Origin: Raja brachyura
Lineage: Eukaryota
Assembly: GCA_963514005.1 (NCBI GenBank)
Contig: OY740781.1
Coordinates: forward strand, 113,584,001-113,648,000
Reading direction: 5' to 3'
DNA: 64,000 nt
The position numbers and the translations under genes were made by a program. How positions within the stretch are numbered: position 1 is the stretch's first letter; each line of letters opens with the position of its first letter. Positions 26,710 to 38,155 of this stretch are shown here, in pieces. The notes beneath the pieces were generated by a model. It was not told where the DNA came from and searched no databases. It saw only the letters and a list, made by a program, of their open reading frames with translations.

Positions 26710-27060
26710 GGTGCACAGTAGAGAGCTTGCTGACCGGTTGCATTGTGGCTTGGTTCGGCAACTTGAGCGCACTGGAGAGGTAAAGACTACAAAATGTAGT
26801 AAGCACTGCCCAGTCCATCATCGGCTCTGACCTTCCTTCCATCAAGAGGATTTATCGCAGTCGCTGCCTCAAAAAGGCTGGCGGTATCATCAAAGACCCA
26901 CACCATCCTGGCCACGCACTCATCTCCCTGCTACCTTCGGGGAGAAGGTACAGGAACCTGAAGATTGCAACGGGCAGATTCAGGAATAGCTACTTCCCCA
27001 CAGCCCTCAGGCTATTAAACCTGACTCAGACAAAACTCGAATCGACTCGACTCGACGCCT
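26710..27060 (+). mobile_element. Rex1/Babar-like LINE 3' fragment inside the Helitron
   Basis: Encodes IIKDPHHPGH.L.SLLPSGRRYR...T.RFRNSYFP; short-repeat tail. Confidence 0.75.
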
Positions 27061-27089
27061 AACGGACACAAGCTCCGTCCTGCGCTGAG

Positions 27090-27159
27090 CTTGCTGCGGG
27101 CCGGATAACATCTCGTGGCGGGCCGGATGTGGCCCGCAGGCCATAGTTTGGAGACCCCC
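27090..27159 (+). mobile_element. hAT (Charlie-like) terminal remnant
   Basis: gcgggccggatgtggcccgcaggccatagtttggagacccc, similar to the end of the hAT MITE at 38180-38248. Confidence 0.6.
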
Positions 27160-27700
27160 GTCCTGGACGCAGAGCTTGCCGCTGCTGTCACCCAGAAACT
27201 CGTAAAGGCCGACCTGGACTTCAAAGGAGGGGCCTTTCCACTTGATGTACAGGTTCTTGTCGTTATCCTCCCGGAAGGTGAGGGTCTCCTTCAGGGTGTA
27301 GTAGGCCACTGCCAGCACATTACCGAGCGAGACGTTTTTAAACCTCACCATCTGACGAATGTTGTCGTAGTTGGGGATATTGATGCCGTCTGGGATGCCA
27401 CTCTCAGCGAAGGTGAGCACGTCTACGGAGGTGAAGTCGAGCTTGAGGAATCGGTCCTTCTCAAAGGGCTGGGGCCAGGGTAGCTGGGGCATCAGCCACT
27501 CAGCAGAGGCCACCAGCCGGGTGAACTTGGCACATGTCCTTGTTCAACACCGCCTCACAAACCCTTCAAACTTCCCTCTGGAGCCATAGGGGTCACGGTA
27601 ATGAAGCCGATGTTACTCTCCACCATGGGCACCTCATCCCGAATCCAGTGCTTGGAGCCCTCCTTGTGTGCGCGGAGCTGAACGTGCGTGGCCGAGCTGG
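27160..27700 (-). pseudogene. DPP3: Processed dipeptidyl peptidase 3 fragment (intronless, frameshifted, zinc motif degenerate)
   Basis: [96 protein letters not shown]; HELLGH is replaced by YEFLGD (27187-27204). Confidence 0.95.
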
Positions 27701-28174
27701 TTGGAGTGCTGGGGGGGGGGGGGGGGGGAGCGGGTAGAGAGGGAGAGGGAGGTGAGGTGGGTAGAGAGGGAGAGAGGGAGAGGGGCAGAGAGGGAGGGGG
27801 TTAGAGAGAGGAGGTAGAGTGGGGGGGAGGGAGGGTAGAGATGGAGAGGGCGAGGGATGGAATAGGTTGGAATGCTGGAGTGTCCCTCGCACCTGGATCA
27901 TGCGAATGTATTGCGACATCAGTTGGCATTTTTTCCTTCAAAATTAGAGCGTTGAAAACTTTTAATATTTTGAAGCTGTTTTTAGAAGGTTAATAACAGA
28001 AGAAATATAGGTTGAAATGCGACGGGAAGATATGTATCCGGTCAGGGTAGAAAATTTAAGTAGCATGTGTGCAAATGGGAAGGCTGTGGCCTAGCATTTG
28101 GAAGAAGATACAAATTAAGGAGATTAAAAGAAAGTCAACACAACCCTGGCCCACACAGACATTTAGAATATAAA

Positions 28175-28650
28175 GTCCCACCAGCATGGGATTGCATGCG
28201 TCTAGCGCGACCAAACGTGGGTGCTTGAGGCGTACAGCTGCGTGGGGCCGGTTCCACTTCGAACTGCAGAGGCGTATAGAGTTGTGCAGGGTTGGTCCCG
28301 ACATTATACTCATTAATCGAGCAGGAGGCGGGCTGGCTGAATTTGGACGTCGCACGCTGTTGGGCGGTGACATCATCACGCAACTGCATGCCGGGTGGTG
28401 ATGTCATCGCTCAACGCCACGCGCTAGGCATACGCCATCAAGACGCTGCGTACGACGTCAAGACGCCTGCGGGCCGACAGGCCTTTGGCACGCGGAATTT
28501 TCAAACAGTGCGATGTCGGGAACAGCCCTGCACAACTCCATACGCCTCCGCGGTTCGAAGTGGGACCGGCCCCGCGCGGCCCATACGCCTCAAGCGACCA
28601 CGTTTGGTCACGCAAGACACATGCAATCGCATGCGGGTGGGACAGGCCCT
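28175..28650. mobile_element. Palindromic PIF/Harbinger-type MITE inside the Helitron
   Basis: Long inverted arms; GTGGGACAGGCCCT terminus followed by TAA; left TIR partly lost. Confidence 0.75.
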
Positions 28651-28954
28651 TAAAGAATAATGGGAAGAGTTTTAGTACAATAGAGATAGATAGATTATAG
28701 TACCTGCATCAACAGCCTCCTCTGAGTGAAATGTTGCCTCTCAGGTTCCTTTGAAATCTGTCCCCTCTCACTTTAAATCTATGCAAAGTAAAATAATCAT
28801 TATAGAGAGCAAGAATATCAATGCATCTATAATGCATAGTTTTAAATGTAGTGCATAATCTACTCAGTCAGGTAATGAAAATGAAAACAATGTGCAACAA
28901 CTCGAGGTTCATTTTTCCAATATGCTTTATGTCTACACAGATCCCCTGCAGTCA

Positions 28955-31735
28955 CTGTCTGACGGTCGGAAGACAGCTATTATCGATGACAAACTCACAG
29001 ACTCGGCATCGATATTGCTGCACTCCAAGAAACAAGACTCCCGACAAAGGATCCATCCCTGAGACCAACTATACTTTCTCCTCACACTGGAAGAGCACTG
29101 ATGATCGTAGGGCACAAGGTGTAGATTTTGCTGGTTCCAACAGCCAACTGCAGTCACTGGAGATCCCTTCAGCAAAAACTGAGCGCCTCACATCTCTCCA
29201 CCTTTCTTCAAAGGAAGGATTCATCAACATCATCAGTGCATATGCACCGACTCTTTGTCTGCAGACAAGGACCAATTACATGAAATTTGACGACGCTCAC
29301 ACGCGTATCCCAAGTGAAGAGAAGATATTCCTTCTCGGTGATTTCAATGCTCGCGTAGGCGCAAACAGATAAACGCGGATAAACTTCCTTGGCCATCACG
29401 GCGTTGGAAAGATAAAATGAGAAGGGACAGCGATTGCTGGAATTATGTACACAAAATGAATTCTGGATCACAAGCATGTTTCCAGGGCGGGCACCGCCAC
29501 AATGTGTCATGGCATCAACCCTGCTCTGGCACCAACTCAATCTACTCATCATTGGCAGGAAGGATCGGCCTTGTGTTGTCCACACTCGAACTTATCACAG
29601 TGCAGATTGCGACACTGACCACTCACTCAGCAAGAGCAAGGTGAAGATACTCCCACGAAAGTTACATATGTGTAAACAGAAATCCTATCAACATCTCCAA
29701 TAATGTGGGTAAACATCAATATTCTCAGAACTGCTCACCCAAGCACTTTCAACTCGAGGAATGCCAACATAGCTTGGAAATCTCTGAAAATGGTATTCTA
29801 TGACGCAGCCACTTGGAAAATGAAAGTGCAAAGAGCTTGTCCCACAGGCGACTTTTTAGGTGACCTATGCAGTCGCCACATAGTCGCCACATGTTCGCGG
29901 GTGATTGCCGGGGAGTCGCCTTTCATGGTTGTGAGGCGTTCCCGCATTCTGGGAACTAGTCGGGGCTTCATTATGGTCAACGTGAATTTTTCAACATGTT
30001 GAAAAATTAGCGGCGACTAGAATGAAGCCGCCATGGAGAATGGCAAGAATTCTCGAGCCGTAGGTGGGTCACCAGAAGGTCCTAATGGGTTGCCAGGAGG
30101 CCGAAGGTTCTTGGAGGCTCTCATAGGTTGTAGCTGGTGCTGACTGGTAACAAAAAAAGGTAAGCAGTAGTTTTCAGAACCAAGGATAACCGACCGGTAA
30201 TGTTAAATGTCTGCCGAGCTCCACAGCCGTGTATCTCTGGCTTCTTAAAAGTTGTTCACACTCCTTCTCCCCCCCTCTCCTGCCCTCTTTTAAAGGACTT
30301 ACCGTACGCTGTGCTTTAACTGTCTTTTTTGCAGCGCAACTTTCCTGTTCATCGTGGTGTGTGTCTGTTTCAACTTGGCTTTGCACGTGTGAATTTTTTA
30401 GACAGCGCTTCCCCCGCCTGCATAACGGGCTGGTGAAGGAAGCGATGTGTTTGTATATGTGTTCCACTCTGACAGTCGCCGTTTCAGTTGCCAGTTTTTC
30501 AGTCGCCAGCAGTCCGCTAAAAAGTCGCCTAAATGGGACAGGCCCATAAGATTACTGAATGCTTCAATATATACTTGGATGAAATGTCACCCATCATTGA
30601 AACTAAAGGATCTGCTCACCTTGTACATGATGTACAACCGATCCTCTACGCAGACTTGCTGGCGGGATATACCCTGAAACACAATGCAGATTCTGCGGTG
30701 GTAGATCTACGATAGACATGAACTTCTCCCTACGTCAATCCAAGTAAAATGCAGAGAGTAGCAAACCCCATTATACATCGCCTTTGTGGATCTTTCAAAA
30801 GATTACGATTCTATCAGCAGACACAACCTTTATCAGGTACTGGAGAAGATTGATGTCCATCATGTCTCTTAAACCTAATTCAGCTCGTCCAGGAGAATAT
30901 GCATGGGACAGTGCAATTTGATGCCGCTACATCGAACAATTTACCCTTGAGAAGTGTAGTAGAGCAAGACTGCATCCTAGTTGCCACTCTTTTTAGCATC
31001 TTCTTATCTGCCTTCTATCCTTTGCCTTCCCGACACACACAAATGGAGGGTATCATCACACCAGAAGCGACGGGCTCTTCAATCTAGTACGGTTGAAAGC
31101 CAAGACTAAGGTGAGAACTGTAGTTATAAAGGATGCTGCTGCACACTCATCATCCCAATAGAAGGTCTTCAGGAGCTGATGGACAGACTGCCTCATACTT
31201 GCAATGAATACTGACTGATAATCAGTGTGAGGAAGAGTGTTGTCATGGCTCAGGATACTCCACTCCGCCCTGAAATCACCCTAAACACCACCCCATTGAA
31301 AACTGTCCACATTTTCACCTACCTAGGATATATGGTGTCAATTAGCCTCTCTCTGAATGTGGAGGTCAATTCACATTTAGGAAAGGCAGCAACCACCATC
31401 AGAAGGCTAACCAAGCGGGCACGGAAGAACAGGAAACTTGCAATCAAAATGAAGATCACTGTCTACAAAGTGTGCATCTTGAACACATTACTGTTCAGCT
31501 GTGAAGCCCAGATGACTTACCTACATCAAGAGTGGAAATTTAATGATTTTCATTTTGGCTGTCTTTGTCGTAACCTGGGAATTTCTTGACAGAACAAAAT
31601 CACCAATGAATCTATCCTCTCCCTGCCAACAGGTCGAGCATCCCTGTGATCCTCAAGCAGAACCGTCAATGGACAATGGATACATCACCAAAGATGTGCT
31701 ACACGGGGAGATCACCAATGTACCGAGAGGTCAAG
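28955..31735 (+). mobile_element. Degenerate RTE-clade LINE (EN + RT), interrupted by a Harbinger MITE
   Basis: IISAYAPTL, LLGDFNARVG, TYHSADCDTDHSL, YIAFVDL, FTYLG motifs. Confidence 0.88.
29832..30546. mobile_element. PIF/Harbinger-type MITE
   Basis: TIR AG(A)GC(T)TGTCCCA...TGGGACAGGCCC; CAA/TAA flanks; shares ttttcaacatgttgaaaa core with 45861-46204. Confidence 0.78.
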
Positions 31736-31749
31736 AGAAAGACAAAAGC

Positions 31750-32450
31750 TTCAAAGGTTTCAAAGGTCTTTTATTGTCACGTGTACCAATTAAGGTACAG
31801 CGATATTCGTATATCATACAACCATACTAAAACAAACAACAAGACACACAACTACATAAAAGTTAACATAAGCATCCACCACAGCGGATTCCCTACCTTC
31901 CTCACTGTGATGGAAGGCAATAAAATCTAATCTTCTTCCTCATTTTTCTCCCACGCAGTCGAACCATCCGTTGGGGCGATCGAAGCTCCCGCTTCAGGCG
32001 GTCGAAGCTCCCGCTTCAGGCGGTCGAAGCTCCTGCGGCTTGGAACTCCTGAAGTTGGTCTCCCACCATGGACAGCGAGCTCCACGATGTTAAAGTCCGC
32101 AGGCACCCGCAGTTGGAGCTCAGAAGTCGATCCTTGGCAAAAAGATCGCAAGCTCCCCGATGTTAAAGACCTGCAGACTCTCACAGTTGGAGCTCCAGAA
32201 GTCGGTCTTCAGCAGCAGCCGCCAACTCCTCGTGTTAGGCCACAGTTTGGACGGAGGTACGATACGGAAAAAAATGCATCTCCATCAAGGTAAGAGATTT
32301 TTTTTTTAATTTCCCCCAACCCCCCCCCCCCCCCACCACATAAAACACGCTAAAGAACACTAAAAACATACATTTAATACATACTAAAGAAACAACACTG
32401 AAGGAAGGGACAGACTGTTGGCGAGTTAGCCATTTCTGATGCCACCCGGC
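31750..32450 (-). mobile_element. Non-coding retroposon with (CCTTTGAAA)n tail inserted at the RTE 3' part
   Basis: GTGACAATAAA followed by a short tandem tail; 5' part related to 7240-7955. Confidence 0.55.
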
Positions 32451-33224
32451 TTTGCTTGATAATACTTTACTGGTCCATATATACAGCTACAGCACTGCCC
32501 TCATAAGCCTTTTTGGTAAAGTCTTCAAAAGCCTCAATCAGATTTGTGAGACACGATCTCCCACGTACAAAACCATGCTGACTATTCCTAATCAGCCCTG
32601 GTCCATCTAAATCAGGGGTCGGCAACCTTGTTCTGCATAGGAGCCAGGACCATGTCTGTGAGCGGATGGCAGGCCATATATATCGTCATAAATGGAGGTA
32701 ATAATAATACATACTAACTAAATTAGTAATTAGTAATAGTACATATTAATAGTAAGATTAAACGAGAACTTACCAGTTTGAAGTTTGATCTTTATTTTAT
32801 GAGGCGTTGCGATGAGGGATTTCATGAAGACCCCGCCAGCACGCATGCGCGACATTCTTCAAAGCAGCAGTGTGGAATCACAGATTAACAACAATGACTA
32901 AATATGGTAAGATTGAAGAGACTCTATTTACCAGTTGACCTTATAGTAGAGGGTTGGGAGCGGAGGGCACGAATCCCTCATCGTAACTCCTCATAAAATA
33001 AAGAACAAACTTCAAACTGGTAAGTTCTCGTTTAATCTTACTATTTCATTTCGGAGTCAGGTGAATGACTTCATGAAGATTTCAAAGCTCTGTGATTTCA
33101 TGCCCTGGATCACGTCCATGCTCACACACTGCCGCAATTCTGATGGAAGAAGTATGTTAATGTATTTCAGACTTGAACAAGCCGAAAAATAATATAGCAT
33201 TTATTAATACAAATCAAAAACCCC

Positions 33225-33950
33225 TCACTCATGAATAAACGTTTCTTGGGGACCAGTACTTAAAACTGTCTCTGCAAACGTTGCGGGAGCGGCCACAGGT
33301 TTATTATAAAACTGCTGGAACGTTGCTTCGCTGGCCCAGCCTGCTGTTGCGAGGATATGGTCCATGGGAACCTCCATGGTCCTCGCCGCTGATGTGGATG
33401 CAGCCCTGGTAGAATGGGATTGAAAGATATTAGTATTAATACCTGCTGCATCCAATACCACCCTGAGCCACCTGGAGATAGTCTGCACCGTCACCCAGTG
33501 ATGAGGTTTCTTATGGCTGATCAGTAGGCCTTTCTCCATTTTCCTCATGGTATGCGTCACTTTGATATAGTAACGTATGTAGGTGGCTATGCAGAGCCTC
33601 ACATCAACGGGGTATGCCGGAAATATTAATTGCAGCCCTGGAGTCCCAGGTCTGTGCTGCTTGAGTAACTCGTCAATGAAGAAAGTTACTCTCTCAGGGG
33701 TTGAGACCATGTTATCCAATTTGATCTTTTGCAAGGTCTGAACCCGTTGTGCCGAGGTTAGCGCCATGAACATCACTATCTTCAGGGTGAGTTTATCCAG
33801 CGGTAGTCCAATCATAGGCGACCAACTCCTGAGTAGGGTCAGTACTACCCCTATATCCCAGGTGATGTTGTATCGTGGTTGGGGAGGGTCGAATTGAAGA
33901 TACCCCTCATCAATTTGGACACGAGCTGGTGAGACCCTACTCCTATACAA
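33225..33950 (-). CDS. DIRS tyrosine recombinase catalytic domain (open 241 aa; N-terminus frameshifted)
   Basis: TSAQR...HSTR...AGW..ATF..FY catalytic residues. Confidence 0.9.
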   Translation of the reverse strand: MYRSRVSPARVQIDEGYLQFDPPQPRYNITWDIGVVLTLLRSWSPMIGLPLDKLTLKIVMFMALTSAQRVQTLQKIKLDNMVSTPERVTFFIDELLKQHRPGTPGLQLIFPAYPVDVRLCIATYIRYYIKVTHTMRKMEKGLLISHKKPHHWVTVQTISRWLRVVLDAAGINTNIFQSHSTRAASTSAARTMEVPMDHILATAGWASEATFQQFYNKPVAAPATFAETVLSTGPQETFIHE

Positions 33951-34188
33951 AGGTAGGATGACAGTGCGCTTCTGGCACTGTAGCTGAGGCCCTCATCATG
34001 ATGTAGCCCTGCAAGGAATTCCAGCTCATGGGGAATCGTGGCAGAGTCACAAGTGATGTTGATCCAGCTGCAGTAGGCCTCTCATTTCCTGATTTGGGTG
34101 AGGTACTGTCGTTTTGTGGATACTCTGCACGATGTTGCAATGGTGTCCATGGTCCTTCGTGTTAGCCAATTTTGCAGGAGTGGCCTCT

Positions 34189-34643
34189 TCAGAACCTGTA
34201 AGCCAACAGGTTCAGATGACCATGGCACAGATGATTTTCCCCTGTTGTGGGGTTAGTTACCAAATCCGGGCATTTATTAATATGTGCCCATGGTTCTTTA
34301 ATCATCTCAAGGACCACCGGATACCATGGTTGTGTAGGCCAGTCAGGTATTATTAAGATGCCTGTTGCAGAAACTGACTTTATTTTCTGCAATACCCGAC
34401 TGTTAAGGCAGAATGGAGGACATGCATAGAAAAACCATTTCCCCAGTGCAGCAAGAAAGCGTCCATCACTACTGCCCCAGGATCTGGTTCCCAAGATACA
34501 TATGTTGGTATCTGGTGGTTCAAAATGGACGCAAAAAGGTTGATATCTGGTGTTCCATATTTGGCTATAATTTTAGCAAATATTTGGGGATTTAACATCC
34601 ACTCGGTGTTATCATTGAATACGTGTGATCTGGTGTCCGCCAC
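34189..34643 (-). pseudogene. DIRS DNA N6-adenine methyltransferase-like domain, frameshifted
   Basis: EWMLN..PDINLFAS..N; MDAF..W; FYACPPF..ILIIPDWPTQPWYP. Confidence 0.85.
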
Positions 34644-36000
34644 TGAGCTTACCAGGAAGGTAGGTAGCTGATATCCAAATATTTCTTTCTATACACCAGA
34701 ACCAGATTGAGTTTGCCAATTCATCACAAGATATTGACTTGATACCACCCATATGATTCAAATATGCCACCACAGTGGTGTTATCTATTTGAACACGGAC
34801 ATGCGTATGATGTAAATTCATGCAATAAGCTTCCAGCCCGTTAAATGCTCCTAGCATTTCCAAATAGTTTATTCCTTGTGATAATAGAAGGGTAGATTCA
34901 TGTAAATCCCATCTACTGCCACGACTGGAGGTGGTGTCGGTAGCTCCCCAGCCTTGGGCACTTGCGTCGGTTTGTACCACGACTGACGGATTCGGTACAA
35001 TAATAGGATTCAATGAGTCACGAATATTATCAATCCATCATTGTAACTCAACTTTTGCCTTGATTGGCAGCTGCATAGGCTTATCAAAATGTCCAGCATT
35101 AGCTACTAGTTTTCCAATTACCTTAGCAGCATGTCTGATTGTTGGTTTCCTGGCGCAAGCAAGGTTGTTACATGCTTCAACAATATTCATTGCCTTGTTA
35201 TCTGCGATGGTAACAATCATCTGATTGGTGTTAATTGTGAATCCCAGGTAGTTCATGACCTGTGAAGGGTAGAATTTTTGATTTGTCTGGATGGATGAAT
35301 AACTTTAATTTTGGAAACAATGTTTTAGTAGCTGTCACTGCTAAATTTGTCGATTCCATAGTCTTTCCCCCAATCAAGATGTCATCTAAATATGCCATGA
35401 CAACATGGTTTTGTTTTCTCAGGGATGCCAATACTGGTTTCAAAATTTTAGTAAATAACCAAGGGGCTGTTGTAAGCCCATTGGGTAGGGCTCTATATTG
35501 CCATAGTTAGTCCATCCAGCCAAATTTCAAGAACTTTCGGTGATGTTTCCGTATGGATACTGAATAGTATGCATCTTTTAAATCGATGCATGCCATGAAG
35601 CACCCCTTGGAAATCAGTGATTTAGCTGTTTCGAATATGTCCATTTTAAAATGGGTATATTTTACAAAAGTATTCAAAGGTTAAGTCAATAATAATCTGA
35701 CATCCACCATCTTTTTTGGTTTTGGTAAAGATGTTGGATACAAACTCAAGAGGTTCGTGTATCGTTTTCTCTATCACCCCCTTGGCATGTAGCCTTAAAA
35801 TTTTCTCATGTCCTTCTGCTTCCTACATATGGGAAAGTGCAAATTTTCGGTTTGGTACATGTTGAGGCGGGGGAAGTTGTTCATCTATGAATTCAATTTC
35901 ATACCCTTTATTACTTTGTAATATAAATGAGTCTGAAGTTATAAAGCTCCATGCATCCCAGATTAAACGTAATCTCCCACCAATTTGTGAGGTTAAACAT
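34612..36000 (-). pseudogene. DIRS RT/RNase H, frameshifted
   Basis: GGRLRL..AW, GYEIEF, DLKDAYY, MAYLDDIL, YLGFTIN, TDASAQGWG. Confidence 0.9.
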
Positions 36001-36040
36001 GCAGCACTCGTATGAGAACCAGACCGCCTTACTTCCATGG

Positions 36041-37745
36041 TTACCGGCGGGGCCTGATGTTCTGGGTTCTGGCGCTCCGTTGTGTTGCTGGGGTGTGGGG
36101 TTGGCACATCTTCCGCGCCGGTCGCTGTTGGCCCTGCCCTAAAAAAGGCTTTTGTTGTTGGGGTGCGGCCGGCGTGTAGGTCCTTGATGTTCCATCAGCT
36201 AACCCCCGAGGTCTTACGTATGGATTTTGTCTGCGAGATGCCGGCCTGCTGGAGGAAGGTGGTTTCATGAAACCGACTGCCTTCGCCTCCTCGTCCAGGT
36301 CCTTGACCTGTTTGGACAGGTCCTCACTGAACAGCTGTCTCGGTCGCGGCATCGCAAATGCCTTGCACAACCCCGCAAAGTTGTGTATTACACAGTAGCG
36401 CAAGAGCATCTTTCTGCTCCTCCGTCATCTCAGTGCCGTCAATCGACCTGGCAAGGCAGTGATTCCCGACGTCAACAGTTCAGAATTTTTTGAAGTTTGA
36501 GCTCCTGAGCCCTAATTCCTGGACTGATGTTGCCCCAGATGGGCATGTTAACTGTCGGTACGTTCAACAAAACACAGTTGTTCGGGGCCTTGTATTTATG
36601 CATTGCCTCGGCCAAAACATGATCCTGCAGCTGGTGTGTTGTGAGGAAGTCAATGCTCGCCGCTAGTTTTGGCTGCAATGGCTGTCCTGTATGCCCTGGC
36701 TGGGCAAATTTGGAAACCACTTGGAGAAGTTCCTCTTGAGGTATTTCCCGCAGGTTCCTAGGCCAACCCCTCTTCCAAGTCAGCCAGCTGCTGACTCCTG
36801 GCATTCCCCACCGATGAAGGGGATATGCTGGGTGGCCCAGATGCATGTCTCCCGGAACTTAAGGACATCCGATCCTGCTGCAGGAGATCGCGCTCAAGGA
36901 GTCGCTCCATCATGCGCTCCATTCGGGCCATGCAATCGCCGCCGCTATCTGCGGACAGCAAGTCAACTTCCTCAGGTTCCCCTGAACGACTGAGGCTTCT
37001 ACCGTAGGCCCGCACCTCATCGAGGTGATGTCTAGGGTGCCTAGGTAGGATGTCGCTGCCTGCCGCTCCTGCGGGGCTCTGCGACTCCCGCGCGGATATG
37101 CCACTAGTCCGCGGTCTTCTGGACTGGAGCGGCCCGCCTGTCTGGAAAGACATAAGCGGTGAGGAGTTTGTTCCAGCCGCCGAAGAGGGGTTCACCGATA
37201 TCCGCGTGGGCTTGCCGCCTGTCCTCCCCCGGGACAAAGGCGACGCATGGTCATGTCCAGCCACTAACGCGGGGTTTGGTGACCGAAATATGTTGCCACC
37301 GGCCTGCGATCCTGGTGAGTCTGCGCCAGCCGCGCCTGCGGGGCTCCCGGACTCAGATCTCGATCCCTCACGAGTCCGCGATCTGGCGGACTGCTCCGGC
37401 GGCAAGTCGATGCCGGCCGCTGCAGCGGGGCTCCTCGACCATAGTGCGGTTCTTCCCCAGGTCCGCCCTCTGGTGACCTGCAATGGAGGGGAGACAGAAC
37501 GTGCCGTACTGCTGGGAACACGCTTACGCACCTTCTTGCCACTGTCCCTGTGTTTAGATGACAGTGGTAGGGAGTCAGGGTCTTGCCTACCCTGCTCCCG
37601 CGCGGTGCTCCTACCACTATGTGGCTCCATAGACAGCCATGGTTCTCTTCCCGGCCCGACAAGCGGGTGCTGCCGTTATAGCAGGCAGCTCTGGGGAATG
37701 CAGCCGCTGACTCCTATCGGACGTCCCGCGGCTGGAGGCATGTTT
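36041..37745 (-). pseudogene. DIRS gag (ORF1), disrupted
   Basis: Ser/Arg-rich N-terminus, then P.NC..L.VP.VN..IW and LF..DL.KQVK DIRS gag-like motifs. Confidence 0.75.
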
Positions 37746-37959
37746 TGCCATGCTCCTTTTTTCCATCGTCCCTGTGAACACAAAAACTATCCACAGGAAC
37801 TAACCAACTCAAGGTTAGTTTCACTTACCTGAGCGTGCTGGTGGGGTCTTCACGAAGTCACTCATATGACTCCAAAATGAAATAATACATACTAACTAGT
37901 GTGACACTTGGTGTTGATTTTCGCATTAGTTTTCACGTATTTTTCAATTCGTTTTCTGC

Positions 37960-38155
37960 AGTCCCCAGATCCCTCGCGTCCCCGGGACTTTCAGCAGTTC
38001 CCAGGTCACATGAGTGCCCCGGGACTGGCTGTAGCACCCAGGTCGCCTGCGTGCCCCAGGTCTAGCAACAGTTCCCAGGTCGCCTGCGAGCACCGGGACT
38101 GGCTGTAGCGGCCGGCTCGCCTGCGAGCCCCGGGACTGGCTGCAGTTCCCAGGTT
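37960..38155 (+). repeat. Imperfect ~39-bp minisatellite inside the hAT MITE
   Basis: Recurring ccgggactggctgtagc / tcgcctgcgagc / cagttcccagg units. Confidence 0.75.

Larger units (their letters stand above)
25702..28694 (-). mobile_element. Non-autonomous Helitron
   Basis: 5' A|TCTATCTATC..TACTAAAACTC; 3' hairpin GGACCC-AAC-GGGTCC (25714-25728) then CTAG|T; no TSD; flanks rejoin as one CR1 3' segment (tttaaatgcta|ttatagtacctgc). Confidence 0.88.
32748..37884 (-). mobile_element. DIRS1-like tyrosine-recombinase retrotransposon, structurally near-complete
   Basis: gag, RT (KDAYY, YLDD), RNase H (TDAS, INYLE, DNTT), Dam-like MT, YR; inverted termini plus internal complementary region 32972-33079. 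Confidence 0.95.

Noticed and set aside
26076-26845. Long Ser/Pro/Leu-rich ORFs (163-228 aa)
   Set aside because: Artefact of the GA-rich low-complexity tract lacking stop codons
27007-27513. Functional DPP3 gene exon
   Set aside because: Upstream frameshifts, lost zinc ligands, no splice sites; the ORF tail runs into hAT and Rex sequence
33225-33950. Prophage/bacterial integrase or contamination
   Set aside because: Embedded in a DIRS retroelement with RT/RH and ICR inside a vertebrate intron
37050-37832. 260-aa plus-strand ORF
   Set aside because: Antisense shadow of the GC-rich DIRS gag; no recognisable motifs
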